Origin: Octopus sinensis
Lineage: Eukaryota
NCBI RefSeq assembly: GCF_006345805.1
Contig: NC_043005.1
Location: 91,636,001 to 91,700,000, forward strand
DNA length: 64,000 nucleotides
Reading direction: 5' to 3'
The translations under genes were made by a program, and so were the position numbers. Positions 10,662 through 22,809 of this stretch are shown here, piece after piece. The notes under the pieces are model-generated. The model made no database searches. It had not been told where the DNA came from and saw only the letters and a list, made by a program, of their open reading frames with translations. Numbering within the stretch: the first letter of the stretch is position 1; each line of letters begins with the position of its first letter.

Positions 10662-11143
10662 CAGTTTTCCAAAGTTCCTTAATGATGATGCACAGTCTCA
10701 TATCTCTGGAAATTTAAATCTACACTATGGATTGATTCATCTTCTCTTCGAAACTAATGAGCTTTTAAAAATCTGTGATAAGACTGTGCATCATCATTAA
10801 GGAACTTTGGAAAACTGTTTACAACCTATATCTGCCTCTAATGGAACTATCTCCAATATTTCATGAGTATAACCTCACCCACTAAGATGTCTAGAGAACT
10901 CAAATGTATTTTAGCTGATGAGTACGGGACACTTTTATCTGCTGCAATTTTTGCACTTGTAATAAAGCCTGTCTTTGTATGAAACAATTGTACTAAAAAC
11001 CCATCCATTCTTGTTGCTTCTTTCTCGTTTATAATCACCCACATTACTGTATGGATAACACCATATAGTTTTTCTGGTGCATCTAAGTTAAGTACCACTT
11101 CAAGTAAATCATTGGAAGTTACTTGAATCTTAATTGCTTTGAT
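10662..11143. mobile_element. (TA)n-flanked insert with a 37 bp inverted repeat and an unidentified open frame
   Basis: Perfect arms 10662-10698 / 10781-10817; minus frame open from about 11143 to 10847. Confidence 0.45.
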
Positions 11144-11146
11144 TGT

Positions 11147-11169
<23 letters not shown>

Positions 11170-11192
<23 letters not shown>

Positions 11193-11305
11193 GGTATGTA
11201 GAAAAATACAACATGGACAAGAACGTATAACTCATAGAAGACGATACAATAAACATGGACAGGACATTCGAACCCCTCAGTCTTCAGTCAAGAACCGGAT
11301 CATCG

Positions 11306-11307
<2 letters not shown>
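11170..11307 (-). mobile_element. Short (TA)n-embedded element (probable PLE terminal fragment)
   Basis: Unique 138 bp between TA runs; minus strand has CTGAAGA..CGAA, a hammerhead-like but non-canonical core. Confidence 0.4.
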
Positions 11308-11354
<47 letters not shown>

Positions 11355-11763
11355 CTTAGGGGCTGTTGTGTGGTAAGTAGCTTGCTAACCAACCACATGG
11401 TCGGGGTTCAGTCCCACTGCGTGGCATCTTGGGCAAGTGTCTTCTGCTATAGCCCCGGGCCGACCAATGCCTTGTGAGTGGATTTGGTAGACGGAAACTG
11501 AAAGAAGCCTGTCGTATATATGTATCTATATGTATATATGTGTAGTGTGTGTGTGTGTTTGTCCCCGTAGCATTGCTTGACAACCGATGCTGGTGTGTTT
11601 ACGTCCCCGTCACTTAGCGGTTCGGCAAAAGAGACCGATAGAATAAGTACTTAGCTTACAAAGAATAAGTCCCGGGGTCGATTTGCTCGACTAAAAAGGC
11701 GGTGCTCCAGCATGGCCGCAGTCAAATGACTGAAACAAGTAAAAGAGTAAAAGAGTAAAGAGA

Positions 11764-11764
<1 letters not shown>
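11355..11764 (+). mobile_element. tRNA-derived SINE, family A (CORE-like), full length
   Basis: A/B-box-like head (GTGTGGTAAG..GGTTCAGTCCC), CORE-like ccttgggcaagt motif, (AAAAGAGT)n tail; many copies in the window. Confidence 0.88.
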
Positions 11765-11804
<40 letters not shown>

Positions 11805-11807
<3 letters not shown>

Positions 11808-11945
11808 TTTACTCTTTACTCTTTTACTTGTTTCAGTCATTTGACTGCGGCCATGCTGGAGCACCGCCTTTAGTCGAGCAAATCGACCCCGGAACTTATT
11901 CTTTGTAAGCCCAGTACTTTTCTATCGGTCTCTTTTGCCGAACCC
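11805..11945 (-). mobile_element. SINE family A 3' fragment, tail-to-tail with the previous copy
   Basis: Reverse complement of about 11622-11764. Confidence 0.85.
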
Positions 11946-11980
11946 TATGTATATATATATAATATATGTATATATATATG

Positions 11981-12011
<31 letters not shown>

Positions 12012-12044
12012 GTAATATATATATATATGTAATATATATATATG

Positions 12045-12087
<43 letters not shown>

Positions 12088-12100
12088 TGTATAATATATG

Positions 12101-12136
<36 letters not shown>

Positions 12137-12173
12137 TATACATATGTATATATATATATATGTATATACATAG

Positions 12174-12207
<34 letters not shown>

Positions 12208-12261
12208 TATGTTATATATATTATATATATACATATGTGATATATATATATATTACATATG

Positions 12262-12292
<31 letters not shown>

Positions 12293-12298
12293 CATATG

Positions 12299-12332
<34 letters not shown>

Positions 12333-12340
12333 CATATGTA

Positions 12341-12374
<34 letters not shown>

Positions 12375-12495
12375 CATATGTATATATATATATATACACT
12401 ATATATATATAATACATATGTATATATATATAATAATATATATCATATGTATATATATATTATACATATATATATATATACTATAATATACATAT

Positions 12496-12546
<51 letters not shown>

Positions 12547-12610
12547 TATATATATATATATGATATATATATTATATATATATATATATATAATATATAT
12601 ATATATAGAT
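11946..12610. repeat. (TA)n-rich microsatellite tract
   Basis: Direct inspection. Confidence 0.95.
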
Positions 12611-12612
12611 AT

Positions 12613-13045
12613 TATAAACCAAATCAAAATAGATGAACATCAATGGAATTTGTATCTTTGTGGTACCAGTGCCGGTGGCACACAAGAAAACATCCGAACG
12701 TGGCCGTAGCCAGTACCGCATCGACTGGCCTCCGTGCTGTGGGCACGTAACAAACACCCATCCGATCGTGGCGTTCGCCAGCCTCATCTGGCACTGTGTC
12801 GGTGGGCACATTAAAACACCATCCGAGCGTGGCCGTCTGCCAGCCTCGTCTGGCACCTGTGTCGGTGGCACATAAAATCACCCCTCACTCTCGGAGTGGT
12901 TGGCGTTAGGAAGGGCATCCAGCTGTAGAAACACTGCCAGATCTGACTGCCTGGTGCAGCCTTCGGGCTCCCCAGACTCCAGTTGAACCGTCCAACCCAT
13001 GCTAGCATGGAAAGCGGACGTTAAATGAGGATGATGATGATGATG
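12613..13045 (+). mobile_element. RTE-3'-end-derived repeat, family C
   Basis: Internal ~70 bp tandem units (gtgccggtggcac..), GGCGTTAGGAAGGGCATCCAGC motif, (GAT)n tail. The same tail follows RTE coding remnants at 20420-20550 and 46753-47230. Confidence 0.8.
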
Positions 13046-13051
13046 ATATAC

Positions 13052-13107
<56 letters not shown>

Positions 13108-13131
13108 TATGTATATATATTATATATATGT

Positions 13132-13190
<59 letters not shown>

Positions 13191-13479
13191 TATTATTATA
13201 TATATATATTATATATATAATATATATTATATATATATATTATACTCTAAGAAATGGGGTGGTGTTTAAGTAACATTAAAGAAAATTTGAAGTTTAAAAA
13301 TTATTATAAATTTGCACTATTCGTGTTTCCGTATACAAGAGAATCATTCCTAAAAATATTTTTGAAATGCCTTCTTAGTTGCTGGTACAGATGTATAGTT
13401 AATAGCGCCGAACCGGCCAATGATTCGTGAGTGAATCTTTTATCGAAGGTTCGGTAACTAGATACCAACAATATTAGAT

Positions 13480-13620
13480 TTGAATTTGATCGACTAAGCT
13501 CTTCAAGAAGGGAACCGAAACTGACGCGCTCTACCAGCGCGAAAATTTTCACGCATGCGCAGGAAGGATTGCGTCACCTCCCACCCTGAGTATTTTGCCC
13601 GCGCGACATTAATTTTGACG
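13480..13620. promoter_or_regulatory. CpG-rich promoter-like patch
   Basis: Unique CpG-dense sequence with E2F-like GCGCGAAAA, NRF1-like CGCATGCGCA, CRE half-sites, and a minus-strand Inr-like TCAGTT at 13524-13519. Confidence 0.45.
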
Positions 13621-14488
13621 GGAAATAAGTTGGATACTGACAACCGGTGTTGGTGCCTTTACGTCCTCGTACATTAGTCCGACAAAAAGAGACCGATGGA
13701 ATAAATACCAGATTTAAAAAAGACAAGTACTGGGGCAATTTGTTCGAATAAGCCCTTTAAGACGATGCCCCAGCATGACCACAATCTAGTGATTGAAGCA
13801 AGTAAAAGATAACAGATACTCTTCAAAACAATGTGTTCTAGATCTAGCACTTTATCCTCGTTAAACAATTCAGCCTTTTTTCTGCCTCGAGGATATAACC
13901 TAACCTACATAGAAACTCGCAACGATGTGTCATATTCACAATAAAACAAATTTAATCTTGCCAAACTCCTGACCTAGCACCTCGCTTGCCCCTCACCTAA
14001 TACCGGAAATGTCTACCTACATTTGTAAACATTTATATTTCACCACCTTAAATCCCTTTCTCGTCTCAATGACAGCTACCACTGTTTTAGTCTCTCCTGT
14101 TACAGACGACAGACGAGGGTTCTGTAATTACTTGCTGAACAATTTGAACAGATGACTTTTTTTTATATAGTGATCAGATGTTTGTGCCTGTGCATTAGCT
14201 CACTCCCTCCATCAAATTCACATTACCTATACGGGTACGCCGGGTGTCACACGTCAGATGTCCCGTGCGGTCCGCTTCTTGGAAAAGGTTGTCCACTCCT
14301 GCCTAAGGACAATTAAACTTCTCTCTAGGGCCTAAAGAGATGTTTCGTTGCTATTTCTAGCAGGTCGGACGGTCATATGGAGGCTTTTCACTAGCTTCAG
14401 TTTTTTTGGTTAATTTCTATTTGATAGTTTAATGTGGCAAACGCCAAAACGCAAGTGATTACACCACAGTAGGTATTTACTTTACTGT

Positions 14489-14692
14489 AAGGCGGCGAGC
14501 TGGCAGAAACGTTAGCACGCCGGGCGAAATGCATAGCCGTATTTCGTCACGTTGTGAGCTCAAATTCCGCCGAGGTCGACTTTGCCTTTCATCCTCTTAG
14601 GGTCGATAAATTAAGTACCAGGGGTCGATGTAATCGACTTAATACCTATGTCTGTCCCCTTTATGTTTAGCCCCTTGTGGGTAATAAAGAAA
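14489..14692 (+). mobile_element. tRNA-derived SINE, family B
   Basis: Head AGGCGGCGAGCTGGCAGAAACG and gcctttcatcct..gggtcgataaattaagtacc domain; 19 bp TSD TAGGTATTTACTTTACTGT at 14470-14488 and 14693-14711. Confidence 0.9.
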
Positions 14693-15049
14693 TAGGTATT
14701 TACTTTACTGTTTTGAAGTCAATATGGCTGACCACCCATTAGTGGAAACGAGAGATCAAATAATCGAGTATGGCAAAATTGGGTTTGAATTGAACGTTTA
14801 TGATTTGCAATAGTTTAAAGTGAATTTAATATTGATTTCTAAAGTAAACACGACCCCAAACATGGGAATGGATATTGTTCATTAAATCGATCCTATGTAC
14901 TTGACTGGTACTTTATTTTATCGACCCTGGAACGATGAAAGGTAAAGTTACCTCGGCAGAATTCAAAACGTAAAGAGCTGTAACTAAATAGTGCAAATCC
15001 TTAAAGATGAATTAATATTGTTTCAACATTTTTGGCAGGTAATTTGCAG

Positions 15050-15600
15050 GATTGGTAGAGCGAAGGTGACACAAAGTCTTAGGTATTTAGTTCGAGACTG
15101 TGGTGGTGGGTGAGAAGCTAGCGAGGTCGAGTTAATGAACTCCACCCTCTTACAAAGCGCATCGACTGACGTCAATGTTAAGAAACCAACATTAACCATT
15201 TTGTAGGTGTCCTTTCTTTCCTTTTTTTCCCTATTAATATTCATTAACATTTTTGTTTTCCATATTTTCAAAGATAACTTTGTTTTTGATAGATGTGCAT
15301 AACTGCTCACATGAAAACAATACAACAATATTATACGGTTGTACATTAATTTACCACAAATATCTAGGTGTGTTCAACAGCGTATTGTATTTAATTGCGT
15401 CGTTTTTAAACCACTCTTTTTCGTTTTGTGTGTAGTTCCTTGATTTGCGGTTCGACGACTTTGTATCGCTCCGCTTTTAAAATCTAGAGTATGTGTTATT
15501 CTTTAATGCTTGTCTCTCCCATCGAAAGTCCACCAACGTCCCCCAGGCGCACCTTTTAATGGCGACACAGTTACGTTACTAACTCTTAGGATGTGTGTGG
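15050..15600 (+). promoter_or_regulatory. Second CpG-rich promoter / first-exon-like patch
   Basis: Palindromic CRE TGACGTCA (15166-15173), YY1-like CCATTTT (~15196), elevated CpG, possible donor AGA|GTATGT (~15489). Downstream DNA looks CpG-poor and T-rich. Confidence 0.35.
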
Positions 15601-16042
15601 TATTTTTCACGAAATTTTGTAAGTGGTTCTATCTTATCCCTCCAAAACATTTCTAAATAATGATTTAATTTGCTCAAAAATGCTTCTATTTCTTGACAAT
15701 ATTCGACGAAAACTCAATAATTTAGCGAACCAAGAAATAAACATTTCAAGCCTCCAGATAAAAAGCGTCAATACCAAATAGTCATCCATAAAATTCTCTT
15801 TTATCAGTTGTCTGATCAAATATTTTTCGAATTTCTTTTATCACGAAAGTTAACGCTGAGTGAAGCTTGTTGCAACTGCATCTTTACGTTAATCAATGCA
15901 TTCTGTATCTCCAGAGACCAGTTTCAGATTACCACAGTGTACATGCGATAAGGTTACCACTTAAAATCAAAACAACGTTTCCCCTTGATTATTGGACATT
16001 TTTCTTAGAGATAGTTCGCGACGGAGCTCTCTCTCTTTTCAG

Positions 16043-16142
16043 NNNNNNNNNNNNNNNNNNNNNNNNNNNNNNNNNNNNNNNNNNNNNNNNNNNNNNNNNN
16101 NNNNNNNNNNNNNNNNNNNNNNNNNNNNNNNNNNNNNNNNNN
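16043..16142. other. Assembly gap (100 N)
   Basis: Run of N. Confidence 1.
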
Positions 16143-16529
16143 AAAATAAGTCTTGGGGTCAATTCATTCAATTAAAAATTCTTCACAGTAGTGCCCCAGC
16201 ATGGCCACAGTCAAATGACTGAAACAAGTAAAAGATAAAAAGTAAATATTAAAAACAAGCAAACATACACACACACACTTAGATCAATTTTATTTATTCT
16301 TGTGAGTTGAATTGGCCATGTGACTCTGGTTCAAATTTCCAGTACAAACTGTTCCACATATCTTTTGGAGAAAAGAAAGCCACCCCACCATATAATTATT
16401 AAAAGCGCAATGAAATGGAGTTTTAGTAATTACTCAAGTAAATGAAATGGAGTTTTAGTAATTACTCAAGTAAAATTTCATCAGATAAATATAATGTTAA
16501 TTATTCTGTTAGTGGAGGATGGAGACTAT

Positions 16530-16700
16530 CATCATCATCATTTAGCGTCCGCTTTCCATGCTAGCATGGGTTGGACAGTTCAACTGGGGTCTGGGAAGCC
16601 AGAAGGCTGCACCAGGCCCAGTCTGATCTGGCAGTGTTTCTACGGCTGGATGCCCTTCCTAACGTCAACCACTCCGTGAGTGTAGTGGGTGCTTTTTACG
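16530..16700 (-). mobile_element. Family C (RTE tail) copy
   Basis: catcatcat..tccatgctagcatgggttggac..ggatgcccttcctaacg. Confidence 0.85.
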
Positions 16701-17149
16701 TTGCCATAAAATTATACAGAATCAATAAATTCTGTTAACGGACTCCACCTGCAAGAAATTAACCATAATTTTCCTGAAACTATTATTATCTGAATTAATT
16801 TCTGCAAGATAGTTTAAACATTTTTTCTCAAAGTATCATTTCAGTTTGTTATAAATAGTTAATTCTACTTAAGTTTTATATATTTGTTTCCCAACCATTG
16901 TTGTAATTAAGAGCCGTAGATTAATGCATGTGGCTTTGATCAAAAGTGTCTAGAGTTCACCATCCAATCTTAATGTACTGTATGTTCTGGCATACAAGGC
17001 AACATATATAGTGTAAACATATAAAACATCATCACTCTATTTCCAAATCCTGCTGCAATTCACGTGGAAATTTTGGTCCTCTGAAGTTGTCTTGGTATAT
17101 AAATTGGTCTACCTCTTTTGACTGTTAATTTTGATCTGAATAATTCAAC

Positions 17150-17400
17150 TTGTTAAATATCTGCCCCACATTACTCCTTTTGAGCCTAAATCCTACCTAT
17201 TTTTCTGCAAGGAATTCTTTGGCCTTCCCTTTAAGTCTGTTTACTAGAACTCTTAGCAATACTTTGCTGTGGTAGCAGATTACGTTGATTGTTCTACAAT
17301 TCTAGCAGAGTCTTATGTTGCCTTTTTTTGGAATGGGTATAATCAGTGATTGGGTCCACTCCTTTGGCCACTGCTTCAGTCCCATATCTTCTGACAGGTC
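17150..17400 (-). mobile_element. RTE LINE RT N-terminal fragment, inverted relative to the adjacent copy
   Basis: CQKIW..WPKEWTQSLIIPIPKKGN..NCRTI..SKVLLRVLVNRLK..GFR..RSNVGQIFN. Confidence 0.8.
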
Positions 17401-17439
17401 ACTCTTAGTGCCTTGATAAGCTTTGGTCCTCCATATTTT

Positions 17440-18594
17440 AGGAGTAGTGTGGAGCAGATATTCGACATTAGACTGTTCACTGAGAGATATCTGCAACACC
17501 AGACTATCACAACTTCGGTTTTTAAAAGTCTTTTGACCATGCCTGACATAATGGGTTGTGGCAGCTGATGAAGAATTGCTTCTTCAGCAACGGCCTCATC
17601 GAAGTAATCCAAGCACTGTATGAAAACTCAAGCAGTGCAGTTCTCTTGGACAACATCAGAGAATTATTCAGGACAACAGTGGATGTTCAACAAGGATGTC
17701 AACTCTCTCCAGTACTTTTTAACATCTTCCTGGAGAACATCATCCAAAAAACACTTCAAGACCTCCATCACACTTTTTCCATTGGAGGATGGCCTATTTC
17801 CAATCTGTGCTTTGCTGATGATATTGGTCTGCTAGGAAGCAGTGAAGTTCACCAAGAGACTGGAAAAAGTATCAGGAGCATATGGGATGGAGATCAGCCC
17901 AGAAAAAAAAGCAAGATCCTGGTTAATAGTAACAATCAGAATACAGTAACCAACATCATGCTGAATGAAGAAGTACTTGATAAAGTGAACGCCTTCAAGT
18001 ACTTAGAATCCACTTTGACCAAGGAGAACAGGTCTCAAAATGAAATAACAAAAATTCAGTTTAGCCTCTGCTGCTACCATATGGAAAAGAAAATCAATTC
18101 CATTAATTTTGCAACAAGACTCACTGTATAAATCCCTGTTGACTTTGAGCCTTCTGTATGGGTGTAGAAACTGGACTCTTACAGTTGACATGAAGTGAAA
18201 AATCCAGGCATCTGAGCACATGTACTTCAAGAGGCTGCTACACATCCTGTACACAGAGCACAAAACAAATAGTTTTGTAAGACAGCAAGTCAACAAATGG
18301 GCCAGCAGGCAAGAACCACTTGTTGCACAGATAAAAAGACAAACGTTTGCCTGGTATGGTCATGTATCTTGCCACAACTCCCTGTTTAAAATCTTCAGGG
18401 CACAGTTGAGGGAGGGTGAGAAGTAGACAGGAAAAACCTTGGTTTGACAGCATCAAGGACTGGACAGGTCACAAAACTGCAAACCTGTTATGTATGACAG
18501 AAAAAAGAGACCAGTGGTGGTGGCTGACTATGAAAGCATCTGGAGTGGTGCCCCCACAATTGGCTGCATCAGTTAAGGGATCTTGATGATGATG
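17440..18594 (+). mobile_element. RTE-clade LINE, 5'-truncated, decayed reverse transcriptase
   Basis: VQQGCQLSPVLFNIFLE, ISNLCFADDIGLL, AFKYLES, LLYGCRNWTL, FAWYGHV; ends in (GAT)n; multiple stops and frameshifts. Confidence 0.9.
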
Positions 18595-20037
18595 AATTTG
18601 ACTTGTGTGCTGGAAAATACAGTATATTCAGCACCAGTGCCTGCTTGTAGATAAAATTAGTTGGTGTGTGGCTTCAGAAAATTTTTAGCCAATGTTTTAA
18701 TATTGTGTAAAAGGAAATAAACATATAAAAAGAATATTTATACATAAACTTGGTCGGTTCACGTTTTAGCCACTGCTGGGTAGTGTGTTTAATTTGTTCA
18801 CTGGACACTGCTGCAAATTCCCCCTTGTTTTTCAAAAATCCTCACTAATTCACAAAGTAAGGGGTAAATCTGCCTTATTTTTCAAATCCTGGCTGCAACA
18901 CTGTAGCTGGAAGCAGGATAATAATCTAATTCTACACTTTATTCACATTCAAGAATATAAACACACTTTTAAGCACAACACACGCGAAATCAAAAAGTAA
19001 CACTGCCTTTCAACCGCAGTGCGTGAATTACAGTGCTCCCTCTCACTAACGCGAAGTTTCTTATCTCGGATATGTGAGCATGTTCACAACAGCCAAACAC
19101 CACGTCACTAGAACTATGAAGCACACAGTTCTATACAAGGATTTTTGTATTTTTTTCATAAACTAAGGGATGGCTACTGACATCAGGCTCAAGGATTGTG
19201 TAATGTACAAGTATAAAGAAAGAATTAAAGAAAAAAGGATTCATTATATTGAATGTTATTGATAATATCAAGCGGAAATACAGGGTGCTGCTGTTTCGCA
19301 GTGCCTATACACAAACCGCCACTGTTCAGGACTATATTATTCGCGGTATCCTCTCAACCTCCTTGTCTTTTTTGAAGACAGGGTGTGAGCTTAGGAGATT
19401 TCGTTGCTATTTCTAGTAGTTTCAGTGATCCTTATAAAGGCTCTCCCATTGGTTCCTGCTCTACTTAAGCAGATCTGTTGAACACAGGTAACCAACTGAA
19501 TATTCTGTGATCTTGGACTGTGTTGGAAACTTTGCCAAACTATAATTTGATTGTATGGAGGGCTGGCAGCTCCTGCAATTCAAACCATACTCCATATCAT
19601 TCTCCATTGAATTAACCTCTGAGGTGAGGGGTTCAAATAGTGGTTAGAACAAGCAAGCAAGTAGCACAGTATGTGTTACTTCTGGGCATAATATTGTGCT
19701 TGATACATGGTTAGAACTTGTGATTGTCAAATCGCTAGCCTAGTAGTACAAATATTCCAGAGACTCTGGTGATTAGATAATTATCCAAACCATGTGCATT
19801 GGCATTGTTTTAATAATTCAATCAACAATGGCCAGTGGTCAAGATTTTATTGATTTTTGCCAAAGTTCTTTGTAATACTTTGAAGGCGACTTGAAATCTG
19901 ACTGAATAATACCAAAATATTGTCAACATGCCAGTGTTTCTATTAGAATATTTATGCAATGCTAAAAATGATGTATATATATATATACATACATGTGTGT
20001 ATATACATATACATATATGTGTATATATACATATCGG

Positions 20038-20555
20038 CATCATCATCATCGTTGTTTAACGTCCATTTTACATGCTGGCATGGGTTTGATGGTTTGACTG
20101 AGGACTGGCAAGCTGGGAGGCTGCACCAGACTCTAATCTGATTTGGCAAGGTTTCTACATGAGTTCTGGTCAGGTGGCACTAGCATGGGCCATGCTTGAA
20201 TGGTGCTTTTTATGTGCCACCGACATGGGTGCCAGTTGAGTAGCACTGGCATCAGCCATGACTACGATTTCACTTAGTTCCACAGGTCTTCACAAGTACT
20301 GAATATTGCCCTATGATTGAAGAGTGCTTCCTAATGGGCCAGTTATGTGACACTGGCATTGACCATGGCTATGATCTCACTTGGCTTCTCAAGCACAGCA
20401 TATCTCCAAAGGTCTTGGTCACTTTTTCATTACCTCTGTGAAGCCCAACATTCGAAGGTCATGCTTCACCACCTCATCCCAGGGTCTAATTCTTTGAAAG
20501 GTTCCCTCCACTGTTAGGGTGTGACACTTCTTCACACAGCTATCCTCATGTGTAT
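20038..20555 (-). mobile_element. RTE LINE 3' end (C-terminal coding remnant plus family C tail)
   Basis: CVKKCHTLTVEGT..RPWDEVVKHDLRMLGF followed by tandem gtgcca units and a (GAT)n tail. Confidence 0.8.
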
Positions 20556-21040
20556 GTATAATGACTAATGCATACATTTCCACAATTCTCAACCTATTTT
20601 CACCAAACTTTATGCACATATTGTAGGCGTACGAGTGGCTGTGTGGTAAGTAGCTTGCTTACAAACCACCTTGGACTTACTGTTACAAATTCATAGCAGG
20701 TATCAACCAAGTTGGTAACACTACAATTGTCTTTTAAGCTGTGGCGGTAGAGTTAGTTGCTGAACAAACCGCCATGATAACACAGGAAAATGACAGTGGT
20801 CTGAAATCTGTTAGGTGAGTGTCATTAGAACGATGGTAAGAACAAGACTGCTAGACAAACGTCATTAGGACAATGGTAGATGCATGTGGTCTGTGGTCAG
20901 AGATCAATGCTCCCTGGTGTCCATTTGGCAAGAGAATATATAGGTGTCAGCTGCGACATCACCTGGTGGCATTGACCAGCAAAGGGATGCAATTCAGCTA
21001 TCCTGCTATGCTACTACATATACATACACATATGTATACC

Positions 21041-21134
<94 letters not shown>

Positions 21135-21147
21135 CACACACATATAT

Positions 21148-21180
<33 letters not shown>

Positions 21181-21218
21181 CATACACACACACATATATA
21201 TAACACACACATATATAT

Positions 21219-21298
<80 letters not shown>

Positions 21299-21308
21299 TC
21301 TATAATAT

Positions 21309-21339
<31 letters not shown>

Positions 21340-21362
21340 CCATAATATATATATATATATAT

Positions 21363-21397
<35 letters not shown>

Positions 21398-21400
<3 letters not shown>

Positions 21401-21597
21401 CAATATAGGGTAGCAAAAAAATTCAAGAAAAATTCAAGAAAAATTTTCTGCAACCAGCGGTCAAGTGAGAAAATAGAAATAGTCACAGGACTATATAATA
21501 TATTCAACAAAAGTATTAAGGAATGACCCTGACAGGTCGTTCAACTCACTTGAGTGAGTTGAACGACCTGTCAGGGTCATGCTTAATACTTTTGTTG
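21398..21597 (-). mobile_element. (TA)n-flanked fold-back element, copy 1
   Basis: Arms 21505-21550 / 21553-21597 with a 2 nt spacer. Confidence 0.65.
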
Positions 21598-21729
21598 TAT
21601 ATATATATACACACATATATATTATACACACATATATTATATATACACATATATGCATATATATATATATTATATATATAATAATATATAATTACACATA
21701 TATATATATACATATATATATATATACAC

Positions 21730-21796
<67 letters not shown>

Positions 21797-21832
21797 TTAT
21801 TATATATATATATATAATATATATATATATAC

Positions 21833-22027
21833 AATATAGGGTAGCAAAAAAAATTCAAGAAAAATTCAAGAAAAATTTTCTGCAACCAGCGGTCAAGTGA
21901 GAAAATAGAAATAGTCACGACTATATAATATATTCAACAAAATATTAAGGAATGACCCTGACAGGTCGTTCAACTCACTTGAGTGAGTTGAACGACCTGT
22001 CAGGGTCATTCCTTAATTTTTTTGTTG
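21833..22027 (-). mobile_element. (TA)n-flanked fold-back element, copy 2 (near-identical to copy 1)
   Basis: Same body and same palindrome centre; differs by small indels. Confidence 0.6.
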
Positions 22028-22084
22028 TATATATATATAACACATATATATATATACACACATAATATATATATACACATATTG

Positions 22085-22136
<52 letters not shown>

Positions 22137-22253
22137 ATATTACATATATATATATATACACATATATATATATACATATATATATATATATTATACACAT
22201 ATATATATATACATATATATATATATACACATATATATATATACACATATATA

Positions 22254-22622
22254 CATGCGTCAGAAATTAATTAGCACCCTTGATTGCTCTCACTCAAGGT
22301 ATGTGCTGTCACCTAGTGGCCATATCTCGAACTCTTGCTTTGTTGCGAGTTCACTGGTGCACAGAACGATGACATAACTTTGTTTGCAGAGCAGTTTGAG
22401 TGTCTACAGCCTTATGATGTTGACATAGCAGTTGCAACAATTGGAGTGCGGATGCAGACAAATCTTCCTTTGTTTAGATATAGGTAGCGCCTCGCACGGA
22501 CCGAAATCACACCATACTAAGTTTTCTCATCGCGTAAGACGTTTTGAACAGCTCATAGGTTAATTGATTTAACCTATTTAATGTAGAATTTGAGAAGTGC
22601 TAATTAATTTCTGACGCAAGTG
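22254..22622. mobile_element. Tc1/mariner-type MITE
   Basis: Perfect 22 bp TIR TGCGTCAGAAATTAATTAGCAC at 22256-22277 / 22597-22618, in TA context. Confidence 0.85.
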
Positions 22623-22640
22623 TATATATATACACATATA

Positions 22641-22671
<31 letters not shown>

Positions 22672-22777
22672 CACTATATATATTACACATATATATATAT
22701 ATACACACATATATATATATCTATATTATATACATATATATATATATATATATAATATATATATATATATATACCAT

Positions 22778-22809
<32 letters not shown>

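Noticed and set aside
10911-10945. CTGATGA on + as a possible hammerhead
   Set aside because: It is followed by GTACGGGAC, with no GAAA and no stem I or III pairing.
11255-11295. CTGAAGA..CGAATGTC on minus as an active hammerhead
   Set aside because: GAAA reads GAAT and stem I does not pair convincingly; kept only as a degenerate hint.
11355-11425. SINE heads as tRNA genes (also 38280-38352)
   Set aside because: A/B-box-like motifs continue into SINE bodies with tails, and no full cloverleaf is evident.
12660-12880. Spaced repeats resembling a CRISPR array (also 40200-40500)
   Set aside because: They are diverged tandem units within an RTE 3' UTR family in a eukaryotic genome; the intervening sequences are homologous to each other and there are no cas genes.
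16409-16472. 32 bp tandem duplication (and a 40 bp one at ~33108-33187)
   Set aside because: Ordinary slippage-type duplications or local assembly artefacts.
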